From an uncultured Flavobacteriales bacterium (GTDB lineage: Bacteria > Pseudomonadota > Alphaproteobacteria > UBA8366 > CAVOAK01), in contig CAZCVU010000001.1 of NCBI GenBank assembly GCA_964501745.1, forward strand, positions 1 through 27,740: a stretch of DNA of 27,740 bases, read 5' to 3'. Below, piece by piece: positions 26,325 to 27,740 of the stretch; positions within the stretch are counted from its first letter, which is position 1, and the number at the start of each line of letters is the position of its first letter. Below the pieces are notes generated by a model that ran no database searches, had not been told where the DNA came from, and saw only the letters and a program-made list of their open reading frames with translations. The position numbers and the translations under genes are program-made.

Positions 26325-27353
26325 ATGGCGACATATAAAACGAACTATCTTTCCTGTGATTTCGACTTTGATTTGCAAGGTAAGAACTTCGGTGCGGCGC
26401 GGCTGGCAAACGCCGATGCAGAGCTGGGCAATCAGATCCCGATCGTCACGGTCGCAAATGGCAGCGGCCCCACCGTCCTGCTGTGTGCCGGCAACCACGG
26501 CAACGAGGATGAAGGCCAGTTGATTCTTCGCCGGCTGATCCATGAACTCGAACCGGGCGACGTGCAGGGGCGCATCATCTTCATGCCGGCCTTGAACTAC
26601 CCGGCCGTCCGCGCTTGCAGCCGCACCTCACCGCTTGACGACGGAAACCTGAACAGATTGTTTCCGGGCGACGGAACGATTAGCGCGACGCCCGCGATTG
26701 CGCGCTTCGTCGTCGATGTGCTGCTGCCGCTGGCCGATGCCGGCATGGACTTTCATTCGGCCGCGTACGGCGCCAAGTATGTCGATACGACCTTTCTCTG
26801 CACCTGTCCCGACGCCGCCCTTTACCGCAAGTCGGTCGAACTGGCCGACGCCTTCCAGGCGCCCTACATGTACGTGGTCGACGGAAGCGGCTCGCCGACG
26901 GGTTTCGACCCGGCGGCGCACGCCCAGAATATCCCCTTTGTGTCGACCGAATGCGGGGGCGGCGGTATCGATCTGGAGACCATCAGGATCGGCTATCGCG
27001 GCGTGCGGAATGTTCTGGCACATCTCAACGTGATCGCGGCGCCGAAGGGCGATGCCGCGCCGGAGGACACGGTGTATCTGGACGCCGGCGGCAGATCGGG
27101 CGGTGTGCAGGCGCCGTATCAGGGGCTGTTCGAGGCCCAGTTCGATGTCGGCGATGAAGTCGCCGAGGGACAGACGGCCGGCGTTCTCTACTCGCTTGAT
27201 GAGGTCGACCGTCCGCCGACGGAACTGTATTTCGCCGACCCCGGCATCGTTTGCGTAAAGAACCTCTCGGCCCGGGTGTATTCGGGCAGCAGCATCTGCA
27301 CGACGGCGACGCCGGTAACGCATGACGAGATCCTGGCGCTTGCCGACAGCTAG
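26325..27353 (+). CDS. Succinylglutamate desuccinylase/aspartoacylase (M14-like) deacylase, DoeB-like
   Basis: GPTVLLCAGNHGNEDEG (HxxE), GNLNRLFPG, DFHS, STECGGG, C-terminal biotinyl-like V-GDEV-EGQ. RBS GAGGAG. Confidence 0.9.
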   Translation: MATYKTNYLSCDFDFDLQGKNFGAARLANADAELGNQIPIVTVANGSGPTVLLCAGNHGNEDEGQLILRRLIHELEPGDVQGRIIFMPALNYPAVRACSRTSPLDDGNLNRLFPGDGTISATPAIARFVVDVLLPLADAGMDFHSAAYGAKYVDTTFLCTCPDAALYRKSVELADAFQAPYMYVVDGSGSPTGFDPAAHAQNIPFVSTECGGGGIDLETIRIGYRGVRNVLAHLNVIAAPKGDAAPEDTVYLDAGGRSGGVQAPYQGLFEAQFDVGDEVAEGQTAGVLYSLDEVDRPPTELYFADPGIVCVKNLSARVYSGSSICTTATPVTHDEILALADS

Positions 27354-27520
27354 GACGTGACGATCGGAAAATCTTGAATCTGGCGTTCACAAGGACCGGG
27401 TTCGAATGCCTGGCGCTTTCCCGTTCGAGAGAGCTTGCCACGCTGGGAGGTGGTGGAAAATACTTGAAATATCACGTGATGCTACAGTCGTCGGTTACTT
27501 GATGCAGGCGGGAGAATTTC

Positions 27521-27740
27521 ATGACCGAATGGAACATATCGGCGGAAGCCGCAGCGCTGCACCAGGACGCCCTGTTATGGGACAACACGCTGCCATGGGG
27601 TGAATTGGACCCGCCCAGGGAGGAATGCCTGCCGCGAATGGTGGCGAATGGTTTTGACGCTGTTTCGCTGACGCTCGGCAACGACCTTGACAGCCTTTCA
27701 GAAGCGATTCAGGCGATCGCACGCGAGCGGGCTCATTTCT
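27521..27740 (+). CDS. N-terminal part of a membrane dipeptidase (peptidase M19) family protein (runs off the right edge)
   Basis: MTEWNISAEAAALHQDALLWDNTLPW...LPRMVANGFDAVSLTLG, open to the window end, RBS GGGAGA. Confidence 0.7.
   Translation, partial: MTEWNISAEAAALHQDALLWDNTLPWGELDPPREECLPRMVANGFDAVSLTLGNDLDSLSEAIQAIARERAHF

Noticed and set aside
27464-27480. ATCACGTGAT palindrome upstream of the dipeptidase as an operator
   Set aside because: It is short, single and not assignable to a regulator, so it could be chance.

Overview
GC-rich alphaproteobacterial-looking (Rhodospirillales-like, by inference) chromosomal window with no CRISPR array, rRNA or recognisable transposase/integrase. 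Three parts stand out. (1) A selenocysteine island (selA-selB, tRNA-Sec) sits directly upstream of a hidden selenoprotein. Two ORFs in the track (5522-5983 and 4763-5503) are one 406-aa PrdB-like protein read through an in-frame UGA (motif V-P-V-U-P-F-C, with a bSECIS-like hairpin). It has an extra ~165-aa C-terminal domain, and no PrdA partner is visible in the window. (2) Three tandem Fe(II)/2OG-type dioxygenases lie back-to-back with a radical SAM/twitch enzyme, with a perfect FNR/FixK box positioned as a class II activator of the radical SAM gene. This suggests an oxic/anoxic enzyme switch. (3) A small, signal-less, very acidic protein of about 19% Tyr lies next to a type I secretion module whose ABC protein lacks its membrane domain. 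Five genes carry lesions: an amber stop in a secreted protein, a frameshifted porin, an opal stop in the radical SAM gene, the 5'-truncated ABC ATPase and a Usp remnant. Three of these lie downstream of FNR boxes. The rest is ordinary: DUF6502/DUF5666, three EamA transporters, an amidohydrolase, cspA, a VOC protein, TlpA, typA, a BASS symporter, an AstE/AspA deacylase and an M19 dipeptidase. All family calls come from motif recognition by eye; no database search was run.
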